Shown: in pieces, positions 55,373 to 64,000 of the stretch
How positions within the stretch are numbered: the stretch's first letter is position 1
How the letters are laid out: each line of letters starts with the position of its first letter
Assembly (NCBI GenBank): GCA_035621215.1
Contig: CP141729.1
Location: forward strand, 206,944-270,943
Direction of reading: 5' to 3'
Source of the DNA: Oscillospiraceae bacterium MB08-C2-2
GTDB taxonomy: Bacteria > Bacillota > Clostridia > Oscillospirales > Ruminococcaceae
DNA: 64,000 nt
Program-made: the position numbers and the translations under genes
The notes under the pieces: generated by a model
Told to the model about the DNA's origin: nothing
The model's input: the letters and a program-made list of their open reading frames with translations, nothing else
The model's database searches: none

Positions 55373-58021
55373 ATGGACGATCATTTACCTAAGCCTTGGC
55401 ACGCCAAGACATTGGAGGATGTTGAAAGCATACACAACACCTCGCTGAATGGATTAAGCGATGCTGAGGCGGCAAAGAGGCTCAAAGCAAACGGATTCAA
55501 TGAGATACGGCAGAAAAAACAGAAATCAGTTTTGGCAATGCTGTGGGAGCAGCTGACCGATGTAATGGTTCTGATTCTTATTGGAGCCGCCGGCCTATCC
55601 TTTATACTTAAAGAATGGACAGAGGCTGTGGTGATTCTGGTTATTGTCGCTCTCAATGCGGCAGTAAGCATCATTCAGGAAAAAAAGGCGGCCAATGCCT
55701 TGGAGGCCTTGAAAAATATGGGCGCGCCCACAGCAAGGGTACTCCGTGAGGGAGAAGAAAGCCGCATACCGGCCAAAGAGCTGGTGGCGGGCGATCTTGT
55801 GTATCTGGAGGATGGCTGTATTGTCCCCGCAGATATTCGCCTGGTGAGCAGCAACAACCTGAAAATTCAGGAGGCCTCTCTCACCGGTGAATCGGTGCCG
55901 GTGGAAAAAGAGGACGATGCCTTGTTTTCGGCGGGAGCCCCTTTGGGTGACCGCACCAATATGGCCTATAGCGCCTCGGTTGTCATGTATGGCAACGGCA
56001 TTGGGTATGTGGTGGAAACCGGCATGCACACAGAGGTGGGCCAGATTGCCACCCTGCTGGAGGAGCAGGATGAATACGATACTCCCCTTAAAAGAAAGCT
56101 GAACAGTGCCGGAAAGGCCCTGAGCATTGTGGGCCTGCTGGTGTGTATTATTATATTTGTTATCGGTTCGCTGTATGGCCGGCCATGGATTCCGCTGCTG
56201 ATGACGGCTGTTTCTTTGGCTATCTCGGTAATACCCGAGGGTTTGCCGGCTACTGCTACCATTGTAATGGCACTGGGTGTGCAGCGTATGGCCGGAAAAA
56301 ATGCGCTGGTACGCAAACTGCCTGCTGTGGAAACGCTGGGCGGGGCTACCGTGATCTGCTGTGATAAAACCGGCACCTTGACCCAAAACCGCATGACTGT
56401 TACCAAAATTGCCATGAATGGGGATTTTGAAGCAGGTACCCCAACCGCTGTGGAAAAAGGGGCGGATACCCATGCTGTTTACCGGGAGCTTGTGTATGCA
56501 GCGGCTCTTTGCAACAACGCAAGTCTTGACCCGGATCGCCCCGGCGAAATACTGGGTGACCCCACGGAAGGCGCTTTGATCTTTTTAACCGATGCTTTTG
56601 GTATGGATCAGGAGCATTTGGAGGAGCAATACCCACGCTTGTTTGAACAGCCCTTTGATTCTGACCGCAAGCGCATGACTACCGTGCATAGGATGCAGGA
56701 TGGGCTGACCGCTTACACCAAGGGTGCGGTGGATGAAATGATTCCCCTGTGTACACATATTCTCACTTCCCACGGCGTGCGGCCGATTACCGAAAAGGAC
56801 CGTCTGGAAATCCGGGAGCTGTGCCTGAATATGTCTGCGGAGGCGCTGCGTGTTTTGGGCTTTGCTAAGCGCATGCTGCCGGAAATCCCACAGGAGGATG
56901 ACACGAATGTGGAATATGATCTGACCTTTTTAGGGGCCGTTGGCATGATAGACCCGCCCCGAAAAGAGGTGGTTCAGGCTGTGGAAACCTGCCGCAATGC
57001 AGGCATCCGAACCATTATGATTACAGGTGACCACAAAATCACCGCAGTGGCCATTGCAAAGCAGCTGAGCATTTTCCGTGAAGGAAATACAGTGATTTCA
57101 GGGGATGAGCTGCACAGCATGTCCGATCCTGAGCTGGATCAAGCCATGAAGAATACCACGGTCTTCGCCCGGGTATCGCCCAGCGATAAGCTGCGTATTA
57201 TCGAATCTCTCCAGCGTACCGGTGAAATTGCCGCTATGACCGGAGACGGTGTCAACGATGCCCCTGCACTCAAGGCCGCCAATATCGGCGTTGCCATGGG
57301 TAAAAGCGGCACCGATGTGGCGAAGGATGCGGCGGATATGTTGCTGTTGGATGATAACTTCACCACCATTGAATACGCTATCCGTGAGGGGCGGCGCATT
57401 TATCGCAACATCCAGAAGGTTATCCAGTTTTTGCTGGCTGGTAACATTGCGGAGATTCTCACTCTGCTGATTGCTACCCTTCTCAATTGGGAGGCCCCCA
57501 TTCTGGCCGTGCATATTCTGCTGATCAATCTGGTCACCGATTCTTTGCCTGCTATTGCCCTTGGTGTTGACCCGGCCAGTAAAAACATTATGAAGCATAA
57601 GCCGGTCAAATCGGGCACCCTGTTTGAGCGGGGGCTTGTGGTGCGGGTTGTTATGTACGGTATCTTCATCACCATGGCAACGGTGGCCGCCTATCAGTTC
57701 GGCTTATCTTCCGGTGGATATCCGGTCGGGATGACAATGGCCTTTTTGGTTTTGGCGATCTCCCAGATGTTTCATGCCTTGAATCAGCGCTCCAATACAG
57801 ATTCTATTTTCACCTCCGGCGTTGGCCAAAACAAGTTACTGCTTGCTACCATGGTTGTTTCGGGTGTGGTTTTGGCGATTGTTGTTTTAACCCCGGCCCT
57901 GCGGCGCTTTTTCAGTTTATCCATACTCAGTGGCGGGCAGTGGATGATTACTCTGGCTTTTTCATTGATTCCGCTGGCACTGGTGGAGCTTACTAAGCTG
58001 ATACAGCGCAAGGTTTCTTAA
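55373..58021 (+). CDS. Calcium-translocating P-type ATPase (PMCA/SERCA-type, YloB-like)
   Basis: The phosphorylation site is ...ICCDKTGTLTQN.... The ATP-binding motifs are ...MITGDH... and ...AMTGDGVNDAPALKAANIGVAMG.... There are 10 predicted TMs. Confidence 0.9.
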   Translation: MDDHLPKPWHAKTLEDVESIHNTSLNGLSDAEAAKRLKANGFNEIRQKKQKSVLAMLWEQLTDVMVLILIGAAGLSFILKEWTEAVVILVIVALNAAVSIIQEKKAANALEALKNMGAPTARVLREGEESRIPAKELVAGDLVYLEDGCIVPADIRLVSSNNLKIQEASLTGESVPVEKEDDALFSAGAPLGDRTNMAYSASVVMYGNGIGYVVETGMHTEVGQIATLLEEQDEYDTPLKRKLNSAGKALSIVGLLVCIIIFVIGSLYGRPWIPLLMTAVSLAISVIPEGLPATATIVMALGVQRMAGKNALVRKLPAVETLGGATVICCDKTGTLTQNRMTVTKIAMNGDFEAGTPTAVEKGADTHAVYRELVYAAALCNNASLDPDRPGEILGDPTEGALIFLTDAFGMDQEHLEEQYPRLFEQPFDSDRKRMTTVHRMQDGLTAYTKGAVDEMIPLCTHILTSHGVRPITEKDRLEIRELCLNMSAEALRVLGFAKRMLPEIPQEDDTNVEYDLTFLGAVGMIDPPRKEVVQAVETCRNAGIRTIMITGDHKITAVAIAKQLSIFREGNTVISGDELHSMSDPELDQAMKNTTVFARVSPSDKLRIIESLQRTGEIAAMTGDGVNDAPALKAANIGVAMGKSGTDVAKDAADMLLLDDNFTTIEYAIREGRRIYRNIQKVIQFLLAGNIAEILTLLIATLLNWEAPILAVHILLINLVTDSLPAIALGVDPASKNIMKHKPVKSGTLFERGLVVRVVMYGIFITMATVAAYQFGLSSGGYPVGMTMAFLVLAISQMFHALNQRSNTDSIFTSGVGQNKLLLATMVVSGVVLAIVVLTPALRRFFSLSILSGGQWMITLAFSLIPLALVELTKLIQRKVS

Positions 58022-58055
58022 AAAGCCTGAGTGTGAATCCGTGATATTCAAATAT

Positions 58056-58090
58056 AAAAACAGGCATCGGATTGGTTCCGATGCCTGTTT
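58056..58090. terminator. Bidirectional terminator between the convergent ATPase and bactofilin genes
   Basis: aaaaacaggcatcgga-ttgg-ttccgatgcctgttt forms a perfect stem. Confidence 0.6.
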
Positions 58091-58102
58091 GCGTTTATGT
58101 AT

Positions 58103-58972
58103 TTAGTTCTCTTTGATTTGCTCGAAGCGATCCAACATATCTCTAGGCGGAGAATACATCATAATCTGCCCGTTGACAAAAGCCCCACGCTTAATTTCAA
58201 TCTCATCGGTGGAGATATTGCCCAGAATGGAGGAACTGCTGCCGATAGAAAGAGAATTGCGGATATCCAGATTGCCCTTGATTTTGCCTTCTACCTCTGC
58301 CTGCAGGGCCTTGATGTTTCCCAAAACCCATGCACTGTTATCAATGTTGATGATATCATCGCAGCGAACATCGCCATCTACCTGAGCACCAACAATATAA
58401 GCATTGGCGGCTGTGGTATTGCCTCGAACCTTGCCTGCTACCAATACATTGGATTTACAGTCAATATCACCTAAAATTTGCCCCAAAAGCCGCACAGAAT
58501 CCTCAGTCTGGAGAGCGCCCCGGATTACGGTTCCCTTGGAAATAACAGTTTTGTTATCGTCATAAGCAGAATCGGGGATCAACGAATCCACAATAGAACG
58601 GCTATCTGTATAAGAAGAACGTTCATTGGAAGAAGGCTGCTGATAAGAGCTGTAAGCAGAAGCCGCACTCTCTGCAAAAAAATCAGAACCATGCTCTGGT
58701 TGAGCATCAAAGGAAACCTCTTCTTCAAGGGAAGCTTCCGGCTCCTGAGCAGGAGGCGTATAGCCACCGTAGGAAGAAGCAGAAGGGGCGCTTTCAAAGC
58801 TGGGCTGGGTATCCCCAAAGTTATCCTTATCCTGATCAAATGCAACAACAGGTCTGAACAAATCGTTTTCAACAGGGGCAGGTGTGTCAGGTTGAGCGAT
58901 TGGGTCTGAATTCTTTATAAAATCCCGCTTGACACTGCGCAGAGCTTCTAAAAAATCCTCTTTCAAACTCAT
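58103..58972 (-). CDS. Bactofilin-family protein (CcmA-like) with a long disordered N-terminal region of about 150 aa
   Basis: The C-terminal beta-helix repeats ...ISKGTVIRGALQTEDSVRLLGQILGDIDCKSNVLVAGKVRGNTTAANAYIVGAQVDGDVRCDDIINI... are typical bactofilin. The N-terminus is Ser/Pro/Glu-rich. Confidence 0.75.
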   Translation of the reverse strand: MSLKEDFLEALRSVKRDFIKNSDPIAQPDTPAPVENDLFRPVVAFDQDKDNFGDTQPSFESAPSASSYGGYTPPAQEPEASLEEEVSFDAQPEHGSDFFAESAASAYSSYQQPSSNERSSYTDSRSIVDSLIPDSAYDDNKTVISKGTVIRGALQTEDSVRLLGQILGDIDCKSNVLVAGKVRGNTTAANAYIVGAQVDGDVRCDDIINIDNSAWVLGNIKALQAEVEGKIKGNLDIRNSLSIGSSSSILGNISTDEIEIKRGAFVNGQIMMYSPPRDMLDRFEQIKEN

Positions 58973-60027
58973 TGCACAACCTCCTTCTCGTAATTTTCTA
59001 GAAAGGACTTAGGCGCTGTTTCCGAAGTAAGGGGTAAAAAACGATAGCCCCTTTCGGTATATTCCTGAATCAATTCATCCAAAGCCTCGGCGGTTGAAGA
59101 AGAGCCTGTTCCATCGTGCATCAGAACAATGCCGGAATCCAACTGCTCAAGAGCCGGATAGATATTGCTAAGGATAGCTTTCGTGGAAAGAGGGGGAACC
59201 ACCGCATCCTGTGCAGAGGCATCCCAATCGAACTGCAAAAAGCCACGTAAGTCCAGCTCGTCCTTGAGTTGCGCCAACAGCTTTTGCCGCTGGGAATTGC
59301 CGGGGCTGATACTGCCGCCGGGCAAACGGTAGAGCCGGGTCTGCTGGCCGGTTGCTTTTTCAATTGCTTCAAAGATACGCTGATAATCCGCTAAAAAAGC
59401 ATCCTTATCAGCATAGATGCGATCGAAAGGCTCTACGCAGGAATAAGAATGAATTCCAATGCTGTGACCATTTTTCACCAGCTCTTTGTAAAAAGCGATG
59501 TTATCAACCGAATCCCGGGCATCCCACCAAACAAAAAAGGTGGCTTTAATGCCATACTTATCTAAAACATCCAGCAGCTGCTGTGAGGCGCCGGAAGGCG
59601 TGTTATCAAAGGTAAGATAAATCGTTTTGGAAGATGGCTCTGGCGCAGGTGCTGCCAAGGTATCAAAATAAAGGTTTTGATAGGCAGTGGGTATGTAAGG
59701 GTTAGAAACAGCGGGAGCCGCTTCTGAACTGTCTTCCATTGGGGAAGAAGATGAAGGGGGGACCAGCTCTGCGGAAGAATCTGCATTCGACTGCCCGTTT
59801 TCGCTTTCAGGAAGAACGGCTAAAGCGGGCAGAGCATCCGGCTGCGATACAGCAACCTCTGAAATAGAAGATGTGGCATCAGCCGCCTGTGCGATACGAA
59901 ACTCCTTCATCATGCGCCCCATTCGGAAATACAGCACAACGGTCAGAATGACCGGGAGCAGCAGCACCAGAACAATAAACAAATAAATGCCTGTTTTGAT
60001 CCGCTGCACTCTTTTGGGGTTTATCAT
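58969..60027 (-). CDS. Membrane-anchored polysaccharide deacetylase (NodB-homology domain; peptidoglycan/chitooligosaccharide deacetylase-like)
   Basis: An N-terminal TM is followed by a Ser/Pro-rich linker and then ...IYLTFDNTPSGAS...HSIGIHSYSC..., the NodB motifs. Its stop overlaps the bactofilin start by 4 nt. Confidence 0.7.
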   Translation of the reverse strand: MINPKRVQRIKTGIYLFIVLVLLLPVILTVVLYFRMGRMMKEFRIAQAADATSSISEVAVSQPDALPALAVLPESENGQSNADSSAELVPPSSSSPMEDSSEAAPAVSNPYIPTAYQNLYFDTLAAPAPEPSSKTIYLTFDNTPSGASQQLLDVLDKYGIKATFFVWWDARDSVDNIAFYKELVKNGHSIGIHSYSCVEPFDRIYADKDAFLADYQRIFEAIEKATGQQTRLYRLPGGSISPGNSQRQKLLAQLKDELDLRGFLQFDWDASAQDAVVPPLSTKAILSNIYPALEQLDSGIVLMHDGTGSSSTAEALDELIQEYTERGYRFLPLTSETAPKSFLENYEKEVVQ

Positions 60028-60208
60028 TTTCTCAACGTCCTCACATGTAATACACCTTTTTTAAGTTTAAGTTATCATGCCTTGAATGTCAAGGGAAATC
60101 GACAAAATCCCTCAAAGAATATCAAGGTTTCAGGGCTGAAATACCAAATATAAGAGAGCACTTTCTGGGCAATATGCATAGGAGGATGGATTGCCCCCTG
60201 CAGTGGCC

Positions 60209-61249
60209 TTACGGCAGCTTCCCAAGATATTTTCTTTCCAAAACCCGGTTGCGGTCTTGGGTATAGGGATTGCGCAGGCAGCTTAGTGCCTCTAAATCCA
60301 GCCGGGCAGAGATGATTTCACCTTCGCCTGCGCTCAGCGCTTTAGCGATGGTGCCATTTTTAACCTTGAGCAGCTCGTTGGGGGAATAAATGCGGGTGTC
60401 CCCATTCAACGAGAATCCCAGCCCGGTATCCCCCGTCATAGAGGACTGAATTCCAAAGAGATGATTTTCCTGCACACGCAGGCCAAGGCCGGAGGTCAGC
60501 GGGGAGGGAGGAACCGAATCCTGCATGGAACGAGGGCTCAGCAAGGCTTGAGCACCAAGCTTCTTGGCAATTTGAGCCAGCATGGGGTGTTGCTCGTCTG
60601 TGCCGGTCAGCAGGGAGAAAGCACCAAGCCGGGTATCGAATACCTTCAGCTCTGTGGCGGGCTGAAGTTGCAAATCCTGCTCCAGTGGGGAAAGGGACAT
60701 CTTATCCTGACAGCCGACCAGATCACCGCTGTTGTTAAAGAGAAAAGCCCGGTGGTGCAGCTTAGTGTGTTCAAAATAAAGAGAGGAGCCGGCCATAATA
60801 AAAACGCCGTGAAGCTTTGCCAGCTCAGACATAGTGTGGAAATAAACATCAAATATAAAATCTGAAAAGTAGGAAAGAAAATCATCAAAAGCAGCCGTCC
60901 ACTCAGGGGTGCGGCCCTCCTGCTTATAGGAAGCGCTCAGACCGGAAAAGCTGGGAATCAGAAAAATCGGCAGCAATCCGGCATACTCCGGAAAACAGAC
61001 TAGCTGAGCCCTTTGATTGACAGCCTGCTCGATATATTGATTCATGTCGCTGATATAATCCCATAAAGCCTCATATTTGCGCAGCTTAAGCTGAACAGCC
61101 GAAACCCGCAGATCGCTTTGGGTGGTGTAGGATAAATTATCCGATTGGCGGATATCCAGCCGCCGGATGCATTTATCCACCTCCCGGGTTGAGAGCTTGT
61201 AGGAGATTAAAAGCGCCTGATGGGAGCGAATATTTACTTTGAATTTCAT
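60209..61249 (-). CDS. Carbon-nitrogen hydrolase (nitrilase superfamily) protein with an N-terminal extension of about 45 aa
   Basis: ...LRVSAVQLKL... and ...LVCFPEYAG... carry the catalytic Glu (a second ...F.E... is present). A GGAGG RBS lies upstream. Confidence 0.6.
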   Translation of the reverse strand: MKFKVNIRSHQALLISYKLSTREVDKCIRRLDIRQSDNLSYTTQSDLRVSAVQLKLRKYEALWDYISDMNQYIEQAVNQRAQLVCFPEYAGLLPIFLIPSFSGLSASYKQEGRTPEWTAAFDDFLSYFSDFIFDVYFHTMSELAKLHGVFIMAGSSLYFEHTKLHHRAFLFNNSGDLVGCQDKMSLSPLEQDLQLQPATELKVFDTRLGAFSLLTGTDEQHPMLAQIAKKLGAQALLSPRSMQDSVPPSPLTSGLGLRVQENHLFGIQSSMTGDTGLGFSLNGDTRIYSPNELLKVKNGTIAKALSAGEGEIISARLDLEALSCLRNPYTQDRNRVLERKYLGKLP

Positions 61250-61318
61250 CCGGGCCGCCTCCTTTCAGGATGTAACTATATGAGTGAATCAGGCGGGCTG
61301 ACCGCCTTGCCCATAGGG

Positions 61319-61352
61319 TGGTATACTATCTGTATTTTCAGATAGTATACCA
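61319..61352. promoter_or_regulatory. Perfect 14-bp inverted repeat TGGTATACTATCTG-tatttt-CAGATAGTATACCA between the divergent CN-hydrolase and LUD genes; candidate operator
   Basis: Read directly from the sequence. It lies 70 bp from the CN-hydrolase start. Confidence 0.45.
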
Positions 61353-61482
61353 TAAAAAGACAAACGATCAAATACCATATCTTGAAAGACACACCATTTT
61401 ATACTATACTGTTATCTGTAAAAGGCAGACTGCATTTTGGAGTTGTGCAGACAAAGCAATCTTGGAAGGGGTGGCCAAAGTT

Positions 61483-62127
61483 ATGGACAAAAACCTGTCA
61501 CTGATAGTGGAAAAACGACTGGAGCGTACCGCAAAGGCGCTGGGTGCCAATCGCATAGATGCCTATGTGGTGCAGAACACACAGGAGCTTTATGAGAAAA
61601 TCCGTGAGGTTTTAAAAGAAGGAGAATCCTGCTCGGTGGGAGGCTCTATGACACTTCGGGAAACCGGTGTGGAGGCCATGCTCCAAAACGGACCGTATGA
61701 GTATTATGACCGCTATGCACCGGGGGCCAACCTTCGTGAGATTTACTATCAGGCATTGGGCTGCGATGTGTATTTTACCAGTGCCAACGCTGTCACGGAG
61801 GATGGCAAGCTCTACTGCATGGATGGCAACGGCAACCGGATTGCCGCTATGGCTTATGGCCCCAGAAATGTGGTAGTGGTGGCAGGAGCCAACAAAATTG
61901 TAACCGATATTGAAGCCGCCCGCCGCCGCAACCGGGAGGTTTCAGCTCCCGCCAATGGGGTTCGGCTGGAAAAAACCACTCCCTGTGCCTTAACCGGCGT
62001 TTGCAGAGACTGTGCCACCGATGAGCGGATGTGCAACATGGAGCTGGTTATTGAAAAGGGAAGAGAAAGAGAACCGGGAACCCGCCGGATTAAGGTGTTT
62101 CTGCTGCCGGATTCTTACGGTTATTGA
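61483..62127 (+). CDS. LUD-domain protein (lactate utilization protein/YkgG-like)
   Basis: MDKNLSLIVEKRLERTAKALGANRIDAYVVQNTQELYEKIREVLKEGESCSVGGSMTL... and ...YFTSANAVTEDGKLYCMDGNGNRIAAMAYGPRNVVVVAGANKIV... fit the LUD-domain layout. Confidence 0.65.
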   Translation: MDKNLSLIVEKRLERTAKALGANRIDAYVVQNTQELYEKIREVLKEGESCSVGGSMTLRETGVEAMLQNGPYEYYDRYAPGANLREIYYQALGCDVYFTSANAVTEDGKLYCMDGNGNRIAAMAYGPRNVVVVAGANKIVTDIEAARRRNREVSAPANGVRLEKTTPCALTGVCRDCATDERMCNMELVIEKGREREPGTRRIKVFLLPDSYGY

Positions 62128-62150
62128 TTCAAAAGTGGTTGTTTTTCACA

Positions 62151-62180
62151 TTGACGCAAAGCTGCTCTCTATGTTAAAAT
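62151..62180 (+). promoter_or_regulatory. Strong sigma-70-type promoter (TTGACG-18 nt-TAAAAT with a TGn extended -10); the predicted transcript start is at about 62187
   Basis: ttgacg at 62151-62156, tg at 62172-62173 and taaaat at 62175-62180. Confidence 0.5.
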
Positions 62181-62388
62181 AAAACCTATATTTTCACGCG
62201 CCGCTCCGGCGCAAAAAGTGGGATTCCTGTGTCGAAATCAATTCGACATAGGAAGAATTACGCATCAAAACCATAAGGTCTTCAAGTTGAAGTCAGTTAT
62301 GTCTACAGTCTGGCGCCCCGCTTCAGCGGGGCGTTTGCCTTATTTGGATGTAAGTTTTTCTGCCGAATACGGCAGAAAAACTTACACA

Positions 62389-62537
62389 AAGGATTTGTGG
62401 CGTGTGTCCGCAAATCCTTTTAGGCAGTCAATCAATGGTTCTGAAACATCAAAACAGGCCTGTTTTGCTGTCAACCAGAGCGAAAATTGCTCTGGTTGCA
62501 AGTGCGCTTCGCAAAGCGCATTTGTTCAGTGGACATT
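62389..62537 (+). repeat. Copy B of the 149-nt conserved structured element, 40 nt upstream of the Tyr-phosphatase start codon
   Basis: It aligns colinearly with 50625..50773. The hairpins are preserved by a compensatory A-T to C-G change (CAACCAGAGC...GCTCTGGTTG) and by a G-U wobble in the second stem, which is compatible with the + strand transcript only. Confidence 0.7.
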
Positions 62538-62576
62538 GTTTCACTCATTTTATTCAGGAAAGGGAGCGAGAAAGCG

Positions 62577-63305
62577 ATGGATACCCTTAAGGGCTACAAC
62601 ATCATTGATTTAGAGGGAGCTCGCAATGTGCGGGATTTGGGCGGCATACCCTGTGCGGGAGGCAAGCAAACGGCAATGGGGGTGTTCATCCGGGCGGCCG
62701 GTCTGGGGGATTTAACCGAGCGGGATCAGGAAATCCTGCTGGAATATGGGGTGGATTGCATCATTGATCTGCGCTCTCAGCGGGAGGTGTGTGATAAGCC
62801 GGATTCTCTGGCAGAGCATGAGAAGATTGTTTATCGGAATATTCCCATGCTGGATCAGGTGCAGTCTAATATTTCAAAGCAGGAGCTGATGTATCCCAGC
62901 TCGATGCAAACTATGTATATGGGGCTGCTTGATCTGGATGGAGAGCTGATTCGCCAGGTGTTCGATCTTTTGAGTGATCCTCAGTATCGGTGCATGGTTT
63001 TTCACTGCACAGCCGGCAAAGACCGCACCGGGATCATTGCCATGCTGCTTCTGGATTTGGCTGGGGTCAGCCGGGAGGATATCCTGCACAATTATGTGAT
63101 CAGCGGGGATCTGGTGCGCCCCTTGCTGCGGGCGCAGGAGATTGAGGGTATTCCCAGCTATGTGTTTGAATCCCGCCCGGAATTTATGGCGGATACCTAC
63201 ACACATCTTCAGCGGAAATACGGCGGGGCAAGAGAATATTTGCTTGCGCAGGGCAATACCCCCCAGCAGCTGGAAAGCCTGCTGAAAACGTTTGTGGAGC
63301 CCTAA
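62577..63305 (+). CDS. Protein-tyrosine phosphatase (Y_phosphatase3-like, CX5R P-loop)
   Basis: The start MDTLKGYNIIDLEGARNVRDLGG... leads to ...VFHCTAGKDRTGIIAMLLL..., an HCxxGxxR catalytic loop. Confidence 0.75.
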   Translation: MDTLKGYNIIDLEGARNVRDLGGIPCAGGKQTAMGVFIRAAGLGDLTERDQEILLEYGVDCIIDLRSQREVCDKPDSLAEHEKIVYRNIPMLDQVQSNISKQELMYPSSMQTMYMGLLDLDGELIRQVFDLLSDPQYRCMVFHCTAGKDRTGIIAMLLLDLAGVSREDILHNYVISGDLVRPLLRAQEIEGIPSYVFESRPEFMADTYTHLQRKYGGAREYLLAQGNTPQQLESLLKTFVEP

Positions 63306-63435
63306 AAGCATTTTCTTCTGTTACAGCATGTGGCATAAAAAACCACAGGACACCTCTTGTTAAGTAGTTGTATTGCACAGCAAAATACGCTACAATAAAG
63401 CTAGCCGCGCGATATTACAGCAGGGAGGCAGAGTA

Positions 63436-64000
63436 ATGAAAAATTTGGTCAAATTTGCAGAAAATCGAGTGCGCCGCAACTACACAGGCGGAGCCGCTAC
63501 CGATATGCTTCGGCGCAAAAGCACCTGTGTTGATAACAATAAGCCGGAGGATTGGATTGCATCTACTGTCAACGCGGGAAACCCGGATATGGAGCCGGTT
63601 GAAAACGAGGGGCTTTCCACTCTCGAGGATGGCCGACTGTTCCGGGATTTTCTCAGCGAGGCACCGGAGCATTATTTGGGCAAAGCCCATTACAGCAAGT
63701 TTGGGATTGAAACCGGCTTTTTGACCAAGATATTGGATTCTGCTGTCCGCCTTTGCATGCAGGGGCATCCCAGCCGGGATTTTTCACGCAAGCATTTGAA
63801 TTCAAAATATGGCAAGCTGGAGGTTTACTATATTTTCAGTGTTCGTCCGGGCATTGACCCCTATATCTGGCTTGGTTTCCAGCGGGCCCCCAGCAGGGAA
63901 GAATGGACAGATATTGTGCTGAAGCAGGATAGTGAGCGCCTTTCCGCCTGCTTTGACAAAGTTCCTGTTAAGCCGGGGGATGTGTGGTTTATTCCCGGTG
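63436..64000 (+). CDS. manA: Class I mannose-6-phosphate isomerase (partial; continues past the window end)
   Basis: The start MKNLVKFAENRVRRNYTGG... (GGGAGG RBS) leads to ...FLTKILDSAVRLCMQGHPS..., which resembles the type I PMI Zn-binding block LLTKLLD...HP. No stop occurs before 64000. Confidence 0.65.
   Translation, partial: MKNLVKFAENRVRRNYTGGAATDMLRRKSTCVDNNKPEDWIASTVNAGNPDMEPVENEGLSTLEDGRLFRDFLSEAPEHYLGKAHYSKFGIETGFLTKILDSAVRLCMQGHPSRDFSRKHLNSKYGKLEVYYIFSVRPGIDPYIWLGFQRAPSREEWTDIVLKQDSERLSACFDKVPVKPGDVWFIPG

Overview
This window is Firmicutes/Clostridia-like chromosomal DNA with roughly 50% GC. About 55 protein genes are supported.

The first quarter (1-17.9 kb, almost all on the minus strand) is a cell-surface and xylan-utilisation neighbourhood:
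- a very large secreted GH3 glycosidase that runs off the window start;
- a lipoprotein that fuses a beta-propeller to a rhodanese domain;
- an archaeal-type SipW signal peptidase;
- a GH10 xylanase with a C-terminal Big_2 domain;
- four small secreted paralogs carrying SipW-cognate/TasA-like signatures, one of which ends in an IPNTG-like sorting signal, a TM helix and a basic tail;
- a 920-aa secreted VWA-domain protein carrying a perfect in-frame 18-bp tandem repeat ((S-L-P-D-E-S)n);
- a TasA/camelysin-like gene that has its own terminator;
- a decayed Big_2-domain pseudogene remnant;
- an orphan ChvE-like sugar-binding lipoprotein, divergent from a LacI regulator, with repeated GTGCTCG(A/T)GC palindromic motifs between them.

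I regard the SipW/TasA-like/VWA set as the most interesting candidate. It looks like a sortase-pilus-like architecture (tip adhesin, shaft subunits, anchored base) built from TasA-fold proteins, and possibly linked to xylan degradation.

Other mobile and RNA features:
- An intact IS256-family element with 8-bp target-site duplications CACGGTTG sits next to an initiator tRNA-fMet.
- The remainder is mostly housekeeping or accessory: pcrA, thyX-tmk, DJ-1, 5-formyl-THF cyclo-ligase, mltG, a U32 peptidase, flotillin, an FGGY kinase, an HxlR/PNPOx pair, recG, lemA-TPM, a degenerate-GGDEF/EAL protein, deoD, a Ca2+ P-type ATPase, a bactofilin/polysaccharide-deacetylase operon, a CN-hydrolase, a LUD protein, a Tyr-phosphatase and manA.

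Further observations worth a second look:
- Two 149-nt copies (about 88% identical) of a structured element lie in + strand leader regions. They contain two strong hairpins and show compensatory base changes.
- A promoter-, RBS- and terminator-equipped 36-aa ORF encodes a peptide with 13 cysteines.
- A 342-bp tandem duplication lies inside an 880-aa secreted protein.
- There is a roughly 1-kb non-coding gap.
- Several perfect palindromes occur between divergent genes.

No CRISPR array or rRNA is present.
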